DNA of 64,000 nt from Auanema rhodensis (lineage: Eukaryota > Animalia > Nematoda). The position numbers were made by a program, and so were the translations under genes. Below, piece after piece: positions 25,431 to 38,993 of this stretch. Every line of letters begins with the position of its first letter. The first letter of the stretch is position 1. Where the stretch lies: the NCBI GenBank assembly GCA_964057225.1, contig OZ059900.1:25916001-25980000 (forward strand), written 5' to 3'. The notes beneath the pieces were generated by a model, which saw only the letters and a program-made list of their open reading frames with translations, was not told where the DNA came from and did no database searches.

Positions 25431-28400
25431 GTACGAACAATTTTGAGCTAGGTTTCATTGACATTGCATGAGTTTGAACACATGAAATCGTAAGTCAAAA
25501 CCTTGTTTACAGCGAAATTTCCAAAAACTGGTTTTCCAGCATAATAAAATATTTCTCATGGGAAATACTGTGTTTTTGTATTTTTTTAGTGTTCAGCATG
25601 TAAAATGCGTCATTTTAGTATGTAAAACGCTGAAATTCGTTGCATTTGACGACTCATATGAACAAAAAGCGATTTAATCAATATTAGCCATAAGGGGCGT
25701 GCCCTCAGAATATGCTAATTTTCTTAATTTTCTAACCCCTGTTTTTTTGTCGTGAAAGTGGAACTAGACGTTGTACGAACAATTTTGAGCTAGGTTTCAT
25801 TGACATTGCATGAGTTTGAACACATGAAATCGTAAGTCAAAACCTTGTTTACAGCGAAATTTCCAAAAACTGGTTTTCCAGCATAACAAAATATTTCTCA
25901 TGGGAAATACTGTGTTTTTGTATTTTTTTAGTGTTCAGCATGTAAAATGCGTCATGTTAGTATGTAAAACGCTGAAATTCGTTGCATTTGACGACTCATA
26001 TGAACAAAAATCGATTTTATCAATATTAGCCATAAGGGGCGTGCCCTCAGAATATGCTAATTTCCTTAATTTTCTAACCCCTGTTTTTTTGTTGTGAAAG
26101 TGGAACTAGACGTTGTACGAACAATTTTGAGCTAGGTTTCATTGACATTGCATGAGTTTGAACACATGCAATCGTAAGTCAAAACCTTGTTTACAGCGAA
26201 ATTTCCAAAAACTGGTTTTCCAGCATAATAAAATATTTCTCATGGGAAAAACTGTGTTTTTGTATTTTTCTAGTGTTCAGCATGTTAAATGCTTTATTTT
26301 AATATGTAACACGCTGAAATTCGTTGCATTTGACGACTCATATGAACAAAAATCGATTTAATCAATATTAGCCATAAGGGGCGTGCCCTCAGAATATGCT
26401 AATTTCCTTAATTTTCTAACCCCTGTTTTTTTGTCGTGAAAGTGGAACTAGACGTTGTACGAACAATTTTGAGCTAAGTTTCATTGACATTGCATGAGTT
26501 TGAACAAATGAAATCGTAAGTCAAAACCTTGTTTACATCGAAATTTCCAAAAACTGGTTTTCCCGCATAATAAAATATTTCTCATGGGAAATACTGTGTT
26601 TTTGTATTTTTTTAGTGTTCAGCATGTAAAATGCGTCATGTTAGTATGTAAAACGCTGAAATTCGTTGCATTTGACGACTCATATGAACAAAAATCGATT
26701 TTATCAATATTAGCCATAAGGGGCGTGCCCTCAGAATATGCTAATTTCCTTAATTTTCTAACCCCTGTTTTTTTGTTGTGAAAGTGGAACTAGACGTTGT
26801 ACGAACAATTTTGAGCTAGGTTTCATTGACATTGCATGAGTTTGAACACATGCAATCGTAAGTCAAAACCTTGTTTACAGCGAAATTTCCAAAAACTGGT
26901 TTTCCAGCATAATAAAATATTTCTCATGGGAAAAACTGTGTTTTTGTATTTTTCTAGTGTTCAGCATGTAAAATGCTTTATTTTAATATGTAACACGCTG
27001 AAATTCGTTGCATTTGACGACTCATATGAACAAAAATCGATTTAATCAATATTAGCCATAAGGGGCGTGCCCTCAGAATATGCTAATTTCCTTAATTTTC
27101 TAACCCCTGTTTTTTTGTCGTGAAAGTGGAACTAGACGTTGTACGAACAATTTTGAGCTAAGTTTCATTGACATTGCATGAGTTTGAACACATGAAATCG
27201 TAAGTCAAAACCTTGTTTACATCGAAATTTCCAAAAACTGGTTTTCCAGCATAATAAAATATTTCTCATGAGAAATACTGTGTTTTTGTATTTTTTTAAT
27301 GTTCAGCATGTAAAATGCTTCATTTTGATATGTAAAACGCTGAAATTCGTTGCATTTGACGACTCATATGAACAAAAATCGATTTTATCAATATTAGCCA
27401 TAAGGGGCGTGCCCTCAGAATATGCTAATTTCCTTAATTTTCTAACCCCTGTTTTTTTGTCGTGAAAGTGGAACTAGACGTTGTACGAACAATTTTGAGC
27501 TAGGTTTCATTGACATTGCATGAGTTTGAACACATGCAATCGTAAGTCAAAACCTTGTTTACAGCGAAATTTCCAAAAACTGGTTTTCCAGCATAATACA
27601 ATATTTCTCATGGGAAAAACTGTGTTTTTGTATTTTTCTAGTGTTCAGCATGTAAAATGCTTTATTTTAATATGTAACACGCTGAAATTCGTTGCATTTG
27701 ACGACTCATATGAACAAAAATCGATTTAATCAATATTAGCCATAAGGGGCGTGCCCTCAGAATATGCTAATTTCCTTAATTTTCTAACCCCTGTTTTTTT
27801 GTCGTGAAAGTGGAACTAGACGTTGTACGAACAATTTTGAGCTAAGTTTCATTGACATTGCATGAGTTTGAACACATGAAATCGTAAGTCAAAACCTTGT
27901 TTACAGCGAAATTTCCAAAAACTGGTTTTCCAGCATAATAAAATATTTCTCATGAGAAATACTGTGTTTTTGTATTTTTTTCAATGTTCAGCATGTAAAA
28001 TGCTTCATTTTGATATGTAAAACGCTGAAATTCGTTGCATTTGACGACTCATATGAACAAAAATCGATTTTATCAATATTAGCCATAAGGGGCGTGCCCT
28101 CAGAATATGCTAATTTCCTTAATTTTCTAACCCCTGTTTTTTTGTCGTGAAAGTGGAACTAGACGTTGTACGAACAATTTTGAGCTAGGTTTCATTGACA
28201 TTGCATGAGTTTGAACACATGAAATCGTAAGTCAAAACCTTGTTTACAGCGAAATTTCCAAAAACTGGTTTTCCAGCATAATAAAATATTTCTCATGGGA
28301 AATACTGTGTTTTTGTATTTTTTCAGTGTTCAGCATGTAAAATGCTTCATTTTAGTATGTAACACGCTGAAATTCGTTGCATTTGACGACTCATATGAAC

Positions 28401-29073
28401 AAAAATCGATTTAATCAATATTAGCCATAAGGGGCGTGCCCTCAGAATATGCTAATTTCCTTAATTTTCTAACCCCTGTTTTTTTGTCGTGAAAGTGGAA
28501 CTAGACGTTGTACGAACAATTTTGAGCTAAGTTTTATTGACATTGCATGAGTTTGAACACATGAAATCGTAAGTCAAAACCTTGTTTACATCGAAATTTC
28601 CAAAAACTGGTTTTCCAGCATAATAAAATATTTCTCATGAGAAATACTGTGTTTTTGTATTTTTTCAATGTTCAGCATGTAAAATGCTTCATTTTGATAT
28701 GTAAAACGCTGAAATTCGTTGCATTTGACGACTCATATGAACAAAAATCGATTTTATCAATATTAGCCATAAGGGGCGTGCCCTCAGAATATGCTAATTT
28801 CCTTAATTTTCTAACCCCTGTTTTTTTGTCGTGAAAGTGGAACTAGACGTTGTACGAACAATTTTGAGCTAGGTTTCATTGACATTGCATGAGTTTGAAC
28901 ACATGAAATCGTAAGTCAAAACCTTGTTTACAGCAAAATTTCCAAAAACTGGTATTCCAGCATAATAAAATATTTCTCATGGGAAATACAGTGTTTTTGT
29001 ATTTTTTTAGTGTTCAGCATGTAAAATGCTTTATTTTAATATGTAACACGCTGAAATTCGTTGCATTTGACGA

Positions 29074-31300
29074 CTCATATGAACAAAAATCGATTTAATC
29101 AATATTAGCCATAAGGGGCGTGCCCTCAGAATATGCTAATTTCCTTAATTTTCTAACCCCTGTTTTTTTGTCGTGAAAGTGGAACTAGACGTTGTACGAA
29201 CAATTTTGAGCTAAGTTTCATTGACATTGCATGAGTTTGAACACATGAAATCGTAAGTCAAAACCTTGTTTACATCGAAATTTCCAAAAACTGGTTTTCC
29301 AGCATAATAAAATATTTCTCATGAGAAATACTGTGTTTTTGTATTTTTTTAATGTTCAGCATGTAAAATGCTTCATTTTGATATGTAAAACGCTGAAATT
29401 CGTTGCATTTGACGACTCATATGAACAAAAATCGATTTTATCAATATTAGCCATAAGGGGCGTGCCCTCAGAATATGCTAATTTCCTTAATTTTCTAACC
29501 CCTGTTTTTTTGTCGTGAAAGTGGAACTAGACGTTGTACGAACAATTTTGAGCTAGGTTTCATTGACATTGCATGAGTTTGAACACATGAAATCGTAAGT
29601 CAAAACCTTGTTTACAGCGAAATTTCCAAAAACTGGTTTTCCAGCATAATACAATATTTCTCATGGGAAATAGTGTGTTTTTATATTTTTCTAGTGTTCA
29701 GCATGTAAAATGCTTCATTTTAGTATGTAACACGCTGAAATTCGTTGCATTTGACGACTCATATGAACAAAAATTGATTTAATCAATATTAGCCATAAGG
29801 GGCGTGCCCTCAGAATATGCTAATTTCCTTAATTTTCTAACCCCTGTTTTTTTGTCGTGAAAGTGGAACTAGACGTTGTACGAACAATTTTGAGCTAGGT
29901 TTCATTGACATTGCATGAGTTTGAACAAATGAAATCGTAAGTCAAAACCTTGTTTACATCGAAATTTCCAAAAACTGGTTTTCCAGCATAATAAAATATT
30001 TCTCATGGGAAATACTGTGTTTTTGTATTTTTCTAGTGTTCAGCATGTAAAATGCTTTATTTTAATATGTAACACGCTGAAATTCGTTGCATTTGACGAC
30101 TCATATGAACAAAAATCGATTTAATCAATATTAGCCATAAGGGGCGTGCCCTCAGAATATGCTAATTTCCTTAATTTTCTAACCCCTGTTTTTTTGTCGT
30201 GAAAGTGGAACTAGACGTTGTACGAACAATTTTGAGCTAAGTTTCATTGACATTGCATGAGTTTGAACACATGAAATCGTAAGTCAAAACCTTGTTTACA
30301 TCGAAATTTCCAAAAACTGGTTTTCCAGCATAATAAAATATTTCTCATGAGAAATACTGTGTTTTTGTATTTTTTTAATGTTCAGCATGTAAAATGCTTC
30401 ATTTTGATATGTAAAACGCTGAAATTCGTTGCATTTGACGACTCATATGAACAAAAATCGATTTTATCAATATTAGCCATAAGGGGCGTGCCCTCAGAAT
30501 ATGCTAATTTCCTTAATTTTCTAACCCCTGTTTTTTTGTCGTGAAAGTGGAACTAGACGTTGTACGAACAATTTTGAGCTAGGTTTCATTGACATTGCAT
30601 GAGTTTGAACACATGAAATCGTAAGTCAAAACCTTGTTTACAGCGAAATTTCCAAAAACTGGTTTTCCAGCATAATACAATATTTCTCATGGGAAATAGT
30701 GTGTTTTTATATTTTTCTAGTGTTCAGCATGTAAAATGCTTCATTTTAGTATGTAACACGCTGAAATTCGTTGCATTTGACGACTCATATGAACAAAAAT
30801 TGATTTAATCAATATTAGCCATAAGGGGCGTGCCCTCAGAATATGCTAATTTCCTTAATTTTCTAACCCCTGTTTTTTTGTCGTGAAAGTGGAACTAGAC
30901 GTTGTACGAACAATTTTGAGCTAGGTTTCATTGACATTGCATGAGTTTGAACAAATGAAATCGTAAGTCAAAACCTTGTTTACATCGAAATTTCCAAAAA
31001 CTGGTTTTCCAGCATAATAAAATATTTCTCATGGGAAATACTGTGTTTTTGTATTTTTCTAGTGTTCAGCATGTAAAATGCTTTATTTTAATATGTAACA
31101 CGCTGAAATTCGTTGCATTTGACGACTCATATGAACAAAAATCGATTTAATCAATATTAGCCATAAGGGGCGTGCCCTCAGAATATGCTAATTTCCTTAA
31201 TTTTCTAACCCCTGTTTTTTTGTCGTGAAAGTGGAACTAGACGTTGTACGAACAATTTTGAGCTAAGTTTCATTGACATTGCATGAGTTTGAACACATGA
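29074..31300. repeat. 3-mer HOR (1026 bp) x2
   Basis: ORFs at 29321/30347. The GGAAATAGTG monomer occurs at ~29663/30689. Confidence 0.85.
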
Positions 31301-34300
31301 AATCGTAAGTCAAAACCTTGTTTACATCGAAATTTCCAAAAACAGGTTTTCCAGCATAATAAAATATTTCTCATGGGAAATACTGTGTTTTTGTATTTTT
31401 TTAGTGTTCAGCATTTAAAATGCGTCATTTTAGTATGTAAAACCCTGAAATTCGTTGCATTTGACGACTCATATGAACAAAAAGCGATTTAATCAATATT
31501 AGCCATAAGGGGCGTGCCCTCAGAATATGCTAATTTCCTTAATTTTCTAACCCCTGTTTTTTTGTCGTGAAAGTGGAACTAGACGTTGTACGAACAATTT
31601 TGAGCTAGGTTTCATTGACATTGCATGAGTTTGAACACATGAAATCGTAAGTCAAAACCTTGTTTACAGCGAAATTTCCAAAAACTGGTTTTCCAGCATA
31701 ATAAAATATTTCTCATGGGAAATACTGTGTTTTTGTATTTTTTTAGTGTTCAGCATGTAAAATGCGTCATTTCAGTATGTAAAACGCTGAAATTCGTTGC
31801 ATTTGACGACTCATATGAACAAAAAGCGATTTAATCAATATTAGCCATAAGGGGCGTGCCCTCAGAATATGCTAATTTCCTTAATTTTCTAACCCCTGTT
31901 TTTTTGTCGTGAAAGTGGAACTAGACGTTGTACGAACAATTTTGAGCTAGGTTTCATTGACATTGCATGAGTTTGAACACATGCAATCGTAAGTCAAAAC
32001 CTTGTTTACAGCGAAATTTCCAAAAACTGGTTTTCCAGCATAATAAAATATTTCTCATGGGAAATACTGTGTTTTTGTATTTTTCTAGTGTTCAGCATGT
32101 AAAATGCTTCATTTTAGTATGTAACACGCTGAAATTTGTTGCATTTGACGACTCATATGAACAAAAATCGATTTAATCAATATTAGCCATAAGGGGCGTG
32201 CCCTCAGAATATGCTAATTTCCTTAATTTTCTAACCCCTGTTTTTTTGTCGTGAAAGTGGAACTAGACGTTGTACGAACAATTTTGAGCTAGGTTTCATT
32301 GACATTGCATGAGTTTGAACAAATGAAATCGTAAGTCAAAACCTTGTTTACATCGAAATTTCCAAAAACTGGTTTTCCAGCATAATAAAATATTTCTCAT
32401 GGGAAATACTGTGTTTTTGTATTTTTCTAGTGTTCAGCATGTAAAATGCTTTATTTTAATATGTGACACGCTGAAATTCGTTGCATTTGACGACTCATAT
32501 GAACAAAAATCGATTTAATCAATATTAGCCATAAGGGGCGTGCCCTCAGAATATGCTAATTTCCTTAATTTTCTAACCCCTGTTTTTTTGTCGTGAAAGT
32601 GGAACTAGACGTTGTACGAACAATTTTGAGCTAAGTTTCATTGACATTGCATGAGTTTGAACACATGAAATCGTAAGTCAAAACCTTGTTTACATCGAAA
32701 TTTCCAAAAACTGGTTTTCCAGCATAATAAAATATTTCTCATGAGAAATACTGTGTTTTTGTATTTTTTTAATGTTCAGCATGTAAAATGCTTCATTTTG
32801 ATATGTAAAACGCTGAAATTCGTTGCATTTGACGACTCATATGAACAAAAATCGATTTTATCAATATTAGCCATAAGGGGCGTGCCCTCAGAATATGCTA
32901 ATTTCCTTAATTTTCTAACCCCTGTTTTTTTGTCGTGAAAGTGGAACTAGACGTTGTACGAACAATTTTGAGCTAGGTTTCATTGACATTGCATGAGTTT
33001 GAACACATGAAATCGTGAGTCAAAACCTTGTTTACAGCGAAATTTCCAAAAACTGGTTTTCCAGCATAATAAAATATTTCTCATGGGAAATACTGTGTTT
33101 TTGTATTTTTTTAGTGTTCAGCATGTAAAATGCGTCATTTTAGTATGTAAAACGCTGAAATTCGTTGCATTTGACGACTCATATGAACAAAAATCGATTT
33201 TATCAATATTAGCCATAAGGGGCGTGCCCTCAGAATATGCTAATTTCCTTAATTTTCTAACCCCTGTTTTTTTTGTCGTGAAAGTGGAACTAGACGTTGT
33301 ACGAACAATTTTGAGCTAGGTTTCATTGACATTGCATGAGTTTGAACACATGAAATCGTAAGTCAAAACCTTGTTTACAGCGAAATTTCCAAAAACAGGT
33401 TTTCCAGCATAATACAATATTTCTCATGGGAAATACTGTGTTTTTGTATTTTTCTAGTGTTCAGAATGTAGAATGCTTCATTTTAGTATGTAACACGCTG
33501 AAATTCGTTGCATTTGACGACTCATATGAACAAAAATCGATTTAATCAATATTAGCCATAAGGAGCGTGCCCTCAGAATATGCTAATTTCCTTAATTTTC
33601 TAACCCCTGTTTTTTTGTCGTGAAAGTGGAACTAGACGTTGTACGAACAATTTTGAGCTAGGTTTCATTGACATTGCATGAGTTTGAACACATGAAATCG
33701 TAAGTCAAAACCTTGTTTACAGCGAAATTTCCAAAAACTGGTTTTCCAGCATAATAAAATATTTCTCATGGGAAATACTGTGTTTTTGTATTTTTTTAGT
33801 GTTCAGCATGTAAAATGCGTCATTTTAGTATGTAAAACGCTGAAATTCGTTGCATTTGACGACTCATATGAACAAAAAGCGATTTAATCAATATTAGCCA
33901 TAAGGGGCGTGCCCTCAGAATATGCTAATTTTCTTAATTTTCTAACCCCTGTTTTTTTGTCGTGAAAGTGGAACTAGACGTTGTACGAACAATTTTGAGC
34001 TAGGTTTCATTGACATTGCATGAGTTTGAACACATGAAATCGTAAGTCAAAACCTTGTTTACAGCGAAATTTCCAAAAACTGGTTTTCCAGCATAATAAA
34101 ATATTTCTCATGGGAAATACTGTGTTTTTGTATTTTTTTAGTGTTCAGCATGTAAAATGCGTCATTTTAGTATGTAAAACGCTGAAATTCGTTGCATTTG
34201 ACGACTCATATGAACAAAAAGCGATTTAATCAATATTAGCCATAAGGGGCGTGCCCTCAGAATATGCTAATTTCCTTAATTTTCTAACCCCTGTTTTTTT

Positions 34301-34546
34301 GTCGTGAAAGTGGAACTAGACGTTGTACGAACAATTTTGAGCTAGGTTTCATTGACATTGCATGAGTTTGAACAAATGAAATCGTAAGTCAAAACCTTGT
34401 TTACATCGAAATTTCCAAAAACTGGTTTTCCAGCATAATAAAATATTTCTCATGGGAAATACTGTGTTTTTGTATTTTTTTAGTGTTCAGCATGTAAAAT
34501 GCGTCATGTTAGTATGTAAAACGCTGAAATTCGTTGCATTTGACGA

Positions 34547-37500
34547 CTCATATGAACAAAAATCGATTTTATCAATATTAGCCATAAGGGGCGTGCCCTC
34601 AGAATATGCTAATTTCCTTAATTTTCTAACCCCTGTTTTTTTGTTGTGAAAGTGGAACTAGACGTTGTACGAACAATTTTGAGCTAGGTTTCATTGACAT
34701 TGCATGAGTTTGAACACATGCAATCGTAAGTCAAAACCTTGTTTACAGCGAAATTTCCAAAAACTGGTTTTCCAGCATAATAAAATATTTCTCATGGGAA
34801 AAACTGTGTTTTTGTATTTTTCTAGTGTTCAGCATGTTAAATGCTTTATTTTAATATGTAACACGCTGAAATTCGTTGCATTTGACGACTCATATGAACA
34901 AAAATCGATTTAATCAATATTAGCCATAAGGGGCGTGCCCTCAGAATATGCTAATTTCCTTAATTTTCTAACCCCTGTTTTTTTGTCGTGAAAGTGGAAC
35001 TAGACGTTGTACGAACAATTTTGAGCTAAGTTTCATTGACATTGCATGAGTTTGAACAAATGAAATCGTAAGTCAAAACCTTGTTTACATCGAAATTTCC
35101 AAAAACTGGTTTTCCCGCATAATAAAATATTTCTCATGGGAAATACTGTGTTTTTGTATTTTTTTAGTGTTCAGCATGTAAAATGCGTCATGTTAGTATG
35201 TAAAACGCTGAAATTCGTTGCATTTGACGACTCATATGAACAAAAATCGATTTTATCAATATTAGCCATAAGGGGCGTGCCCTCAGAATATGCTAATTTC
35301 CTTAATTTTCTAACCCCTGTTTTTTTGTTGTGAAAGTGGAACTAGACGTTGTACGAACAATTTTGAGCTAGGTTTCATTGACATTGCATGAGTTTGAACA
35401 CATGCAATCGTAAGTCAAAACCTTGTTTACATCGAAATTTCCAAAAACTGGTTTTCCAGCATAATAAAATATTTCTCATGGGAAATACTGTGTTTTTGTA
35501 TTTTTTCAGTGTTCAGCATGTAAAATGCTTTATTTTAATATGTAACACGCTGAAATTCGTTGCATTTGACGACTCATATGAACAAAAATCGATTTAATCA
35601 ATATTAGCCATAAGGGGCGTGCCCTCAGAATATGCTAATTTCCTTAATTTTCTAACCCCTGTTTTTTTGTTGTGAAAGTGGAACTAGACGTTGTACGAAC
35701 AATTTTGAGCTAGGTTTCATTGACATTGCATGAGTTTGAACACATGCAATCGTAAGTCAAAACCTTGTTTACAGCGAAATTTCCAAAAACTGGTTTTCCA
35801 GCATAATAAAATATTTCTCATGGGAAAAACTGTGTTTTTGTATTTTTCTAGTGTTCAGCATGTTAAATGCTTTATTTTAATATGTAACACGCTGAAATTC
35901 GTTGCATTTGACGACTCATATGAACAAAAATCGATTTAATCAATATTAGCCATAAGGGGCGTGCCCTCAGAATATGCTAATTTCCTTAATTTTCTAACCC
36001 CTGTTTTTTTGTCGTGAAAGTGGAACTAGACGTTGTACGAACAATTTTGAGCTAAGTTTCATTGACATTGCATGAGTTTGAACAAATGAAATCGTAAGTC
36101 AAAACCTTGTTTACATCGAAATTTCCAAAAACTGGTTTTCCCGCATAATAAAATATTTCTCATGGGAAATACTGTGTTTTTGTATTTTTTTAGTGTTCAG
36201 CATGTAAAATGCGTCATGTTAGTATGTAAAACGCTGAAATTCGTTGCATTTGACGACTCATATGAACAAAAATCGATTTTATCAATATTAGCCATAAGGG
36301 GCGTGCCCTCAGAATATGCTAATTTCCTTAATTTTCTAACCCCTGTTTTTTTGTTGTGAAAGTGGAACTAGACGTTGTACGAACAATTTTGAGCTAGGTT
36401 TCATTGACATTGCATGAGTTTGAACACATGCAATCGTAAGTCAAAACCTTGTTTACATCGAAATTTCCAAAAACTGGTTTTCCAGCATAATAAAATATTT
36501 CTCATGGGAAATACTGTGTTTTTGTATTTTTTCAGTGTTCAGCATGTAAAATGCTTTATTTTAATATGTAACACGCTGAAATTCGTTGCATTTGACGACT
36601 CATATGAACAAAAATCGATTTAATCAATATTAGCCATAAGGGGCGTGCCCTCAGAATATGCTAATTTCCTTAATTTTCTAACCCCTGTTTTTTTGTTGTG
36701 AAAGTGGAACTAGACGTTGTACGAACAATTTTGAGCTAGGTTTCATTGACATTGCATGAGTTTGAACACATGCAATCGTAAGTCAAAACCTTGTTTACAG
36801 CGAAATTTCCAAAAACTGGTTTTCCAGCATAATAAAATATTTCTCATGGGAAAAACTGTGTTTTTGTATTTTTCTAGTGTTCAGCATGTTAAATGCTTTA
36901 TTTTAATATGTAACACGCTGAAATTCGTTGCATTTGACGACTCATATGAACAAAAATCGATTTAATCAATATTAGCCATAAGGGGCGTGCCCTCAGAATA
37001 TGCTAATTTCCTTAATTTTCTAACCCCTGTTTTTTTGTCGTGAAAGTGGAACTAGACGTTGTACGAACAATTTTGAGCTAAGTTTCATTGACATTGCATG
37101 AGTTTGAACAAATGAAATCGTAAGTCAAAACCTTGTTTACATCGAAATTTCCAAAAACTGGTTTTCCCGCATAATAAAATATTTCTCATGGGAAATACTG
37201 TGTTTTTGTATTTTTTTAGTGTTCAGCATGTAAAATGCGTCATGTTAGTATGTAAAACGCTGAAATTCGTTGCATTTGACGACTCATATGAACAAAAATC
37301 GATTTTATCAATATTAGCCATAAGGGGCGTGCCCTCAGAATATGCTAATTTCCTTAATTTTCTAACCCCTGTTTTTTTGTTGTGAAAGTGGAACTAGACG
37401 TTGTACGAACAATTTTGAGCTAGGTTTCATTGACATTGCATGAGTTTGAACACATGCAATCGTAAGTCAAAACCTTGTTTACAGCGAAATTTCCAAAAAC
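34547..37500. repeat. 3-mer HOR (1026 bp) x~2.8
   Basis: ORFs at 34704/35730/36756, 35136/36162/37188 and 35388/36414. The TTTCCCGC marker recurs every 1026 bp. Confidence 0.92.
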
Positions 37501-38993
37501 TGGTTTTCCAGCATAATAAAATATTTCTCATGAGAAATACTGTGTTTTTGTATTTTTTTAATGTTCAGCATGTAAAATGCTTCATTTTGATATGTAAAAC
37601 GCTGAAATTCGTTGCATTTGACGACTCATATGAACAAAAATCGATTTTATCAATATTAGCCATAAGGGGCGTGCCCTCAGAATATGCTAATTTCCTTAAT
37701 TTTCTAACCCCTGTTTTTTTGTCGTGAAAGTGGAACTAGACGTTGTACGAACAATTTTGAGCTAGGTTTCATTGACATTGCATGAGTTTGAACACATGCA
37801 ATCGTAAGTCAAAACCTTGTTTACAGCGAAATTTCCAAAAACTGGTTTTCCAGCATAATACAATATTTCTCATGGGAAAAACTGTGTTTTTGTATTTTTC
37901 TAGTGTTCAGCATGTAAAATGCTTTATTTTAATATGTAACACGCTGAAATTCGTTGCATTTGACGACTCATATGAACAAAAATCGATTTAATCAATATTA
38001 GCCATAAGGGGCGTGCCCTCAGAATATGCTAATTTCCTTAATTTTCTAACCCCTGTTTTTTTGTCGTGAAAGTGGAACTAGACGTTGTACGAACAATTTT
38101 GAGCTAAGTTTCATTGACATTGCATGAGTTTGAACACATGAAATCGTAAGTCAAAACCTTGTTTACAGCGAAATTTCCAAAAACTGGTTTTCCAGCATAA
38201 TAAAATATTTCTCATGAGAAATACTGTGTTTTTGTATTTTTTTTAATGTTCAGCATGTAAAATGCTTCATTTTGATATGTAAAACGCTGAAATTCGTTGC
38301 ATTTGACGACTCATATGAACAAAAATCGATTTTATCAATATTAGCCATAAGGGGCGTGCCCTCAGAATATGCTAATTTCCTTAATTTTCTAACCCCTGTT
38401 TTTTTGTCGTGAAAGTGGAACTAGACGTTGTACGAACAATTTTGAGCTAGGTTTCATTGACATTGCATGAGTTTGAACACATGAAATCGTAAGTCAAAAC
38501 CTTGTTTACAGCGAAATTTCCAAAAACTGGTTTTCCAGCATAATAAAATATTTCTCATGGGAAATACTGTGTTTTTGTATTTTTTCAGTTTTCAGCATGT
38601 AAAATGCTTCATTTTAGTATGTAACACGCTGAAATTCGTTGCATTTGACGACTCATATGAACAAAAATCGATTTAATCAATATTAGCCATAAGGGGCGTG
38701 CCCTCAGAATATGCTAATTTCCTTAATTTTCTAACCCCTGTTTTTTTGTCGTGAAAGTGGAACTAGACGTTGTACGAACAATTTTGAGCTAAGTTTCATT
38801 GACATTGCATGAGTTTGAACACATGAAATCGTAAGTCAAAACCTTGTTTACATCGAAATTTCCAAAAACTGGTTTTCCAGCATAATAAAATATTTCTCAT
38901 GGGAAATACAGTGTTTTTGTATTTTTTTAGTGTTCAGCATGTAAAATGCTTTATTTTAATATGTAACACGCTGAAATTCGTTGCATTTGACGA

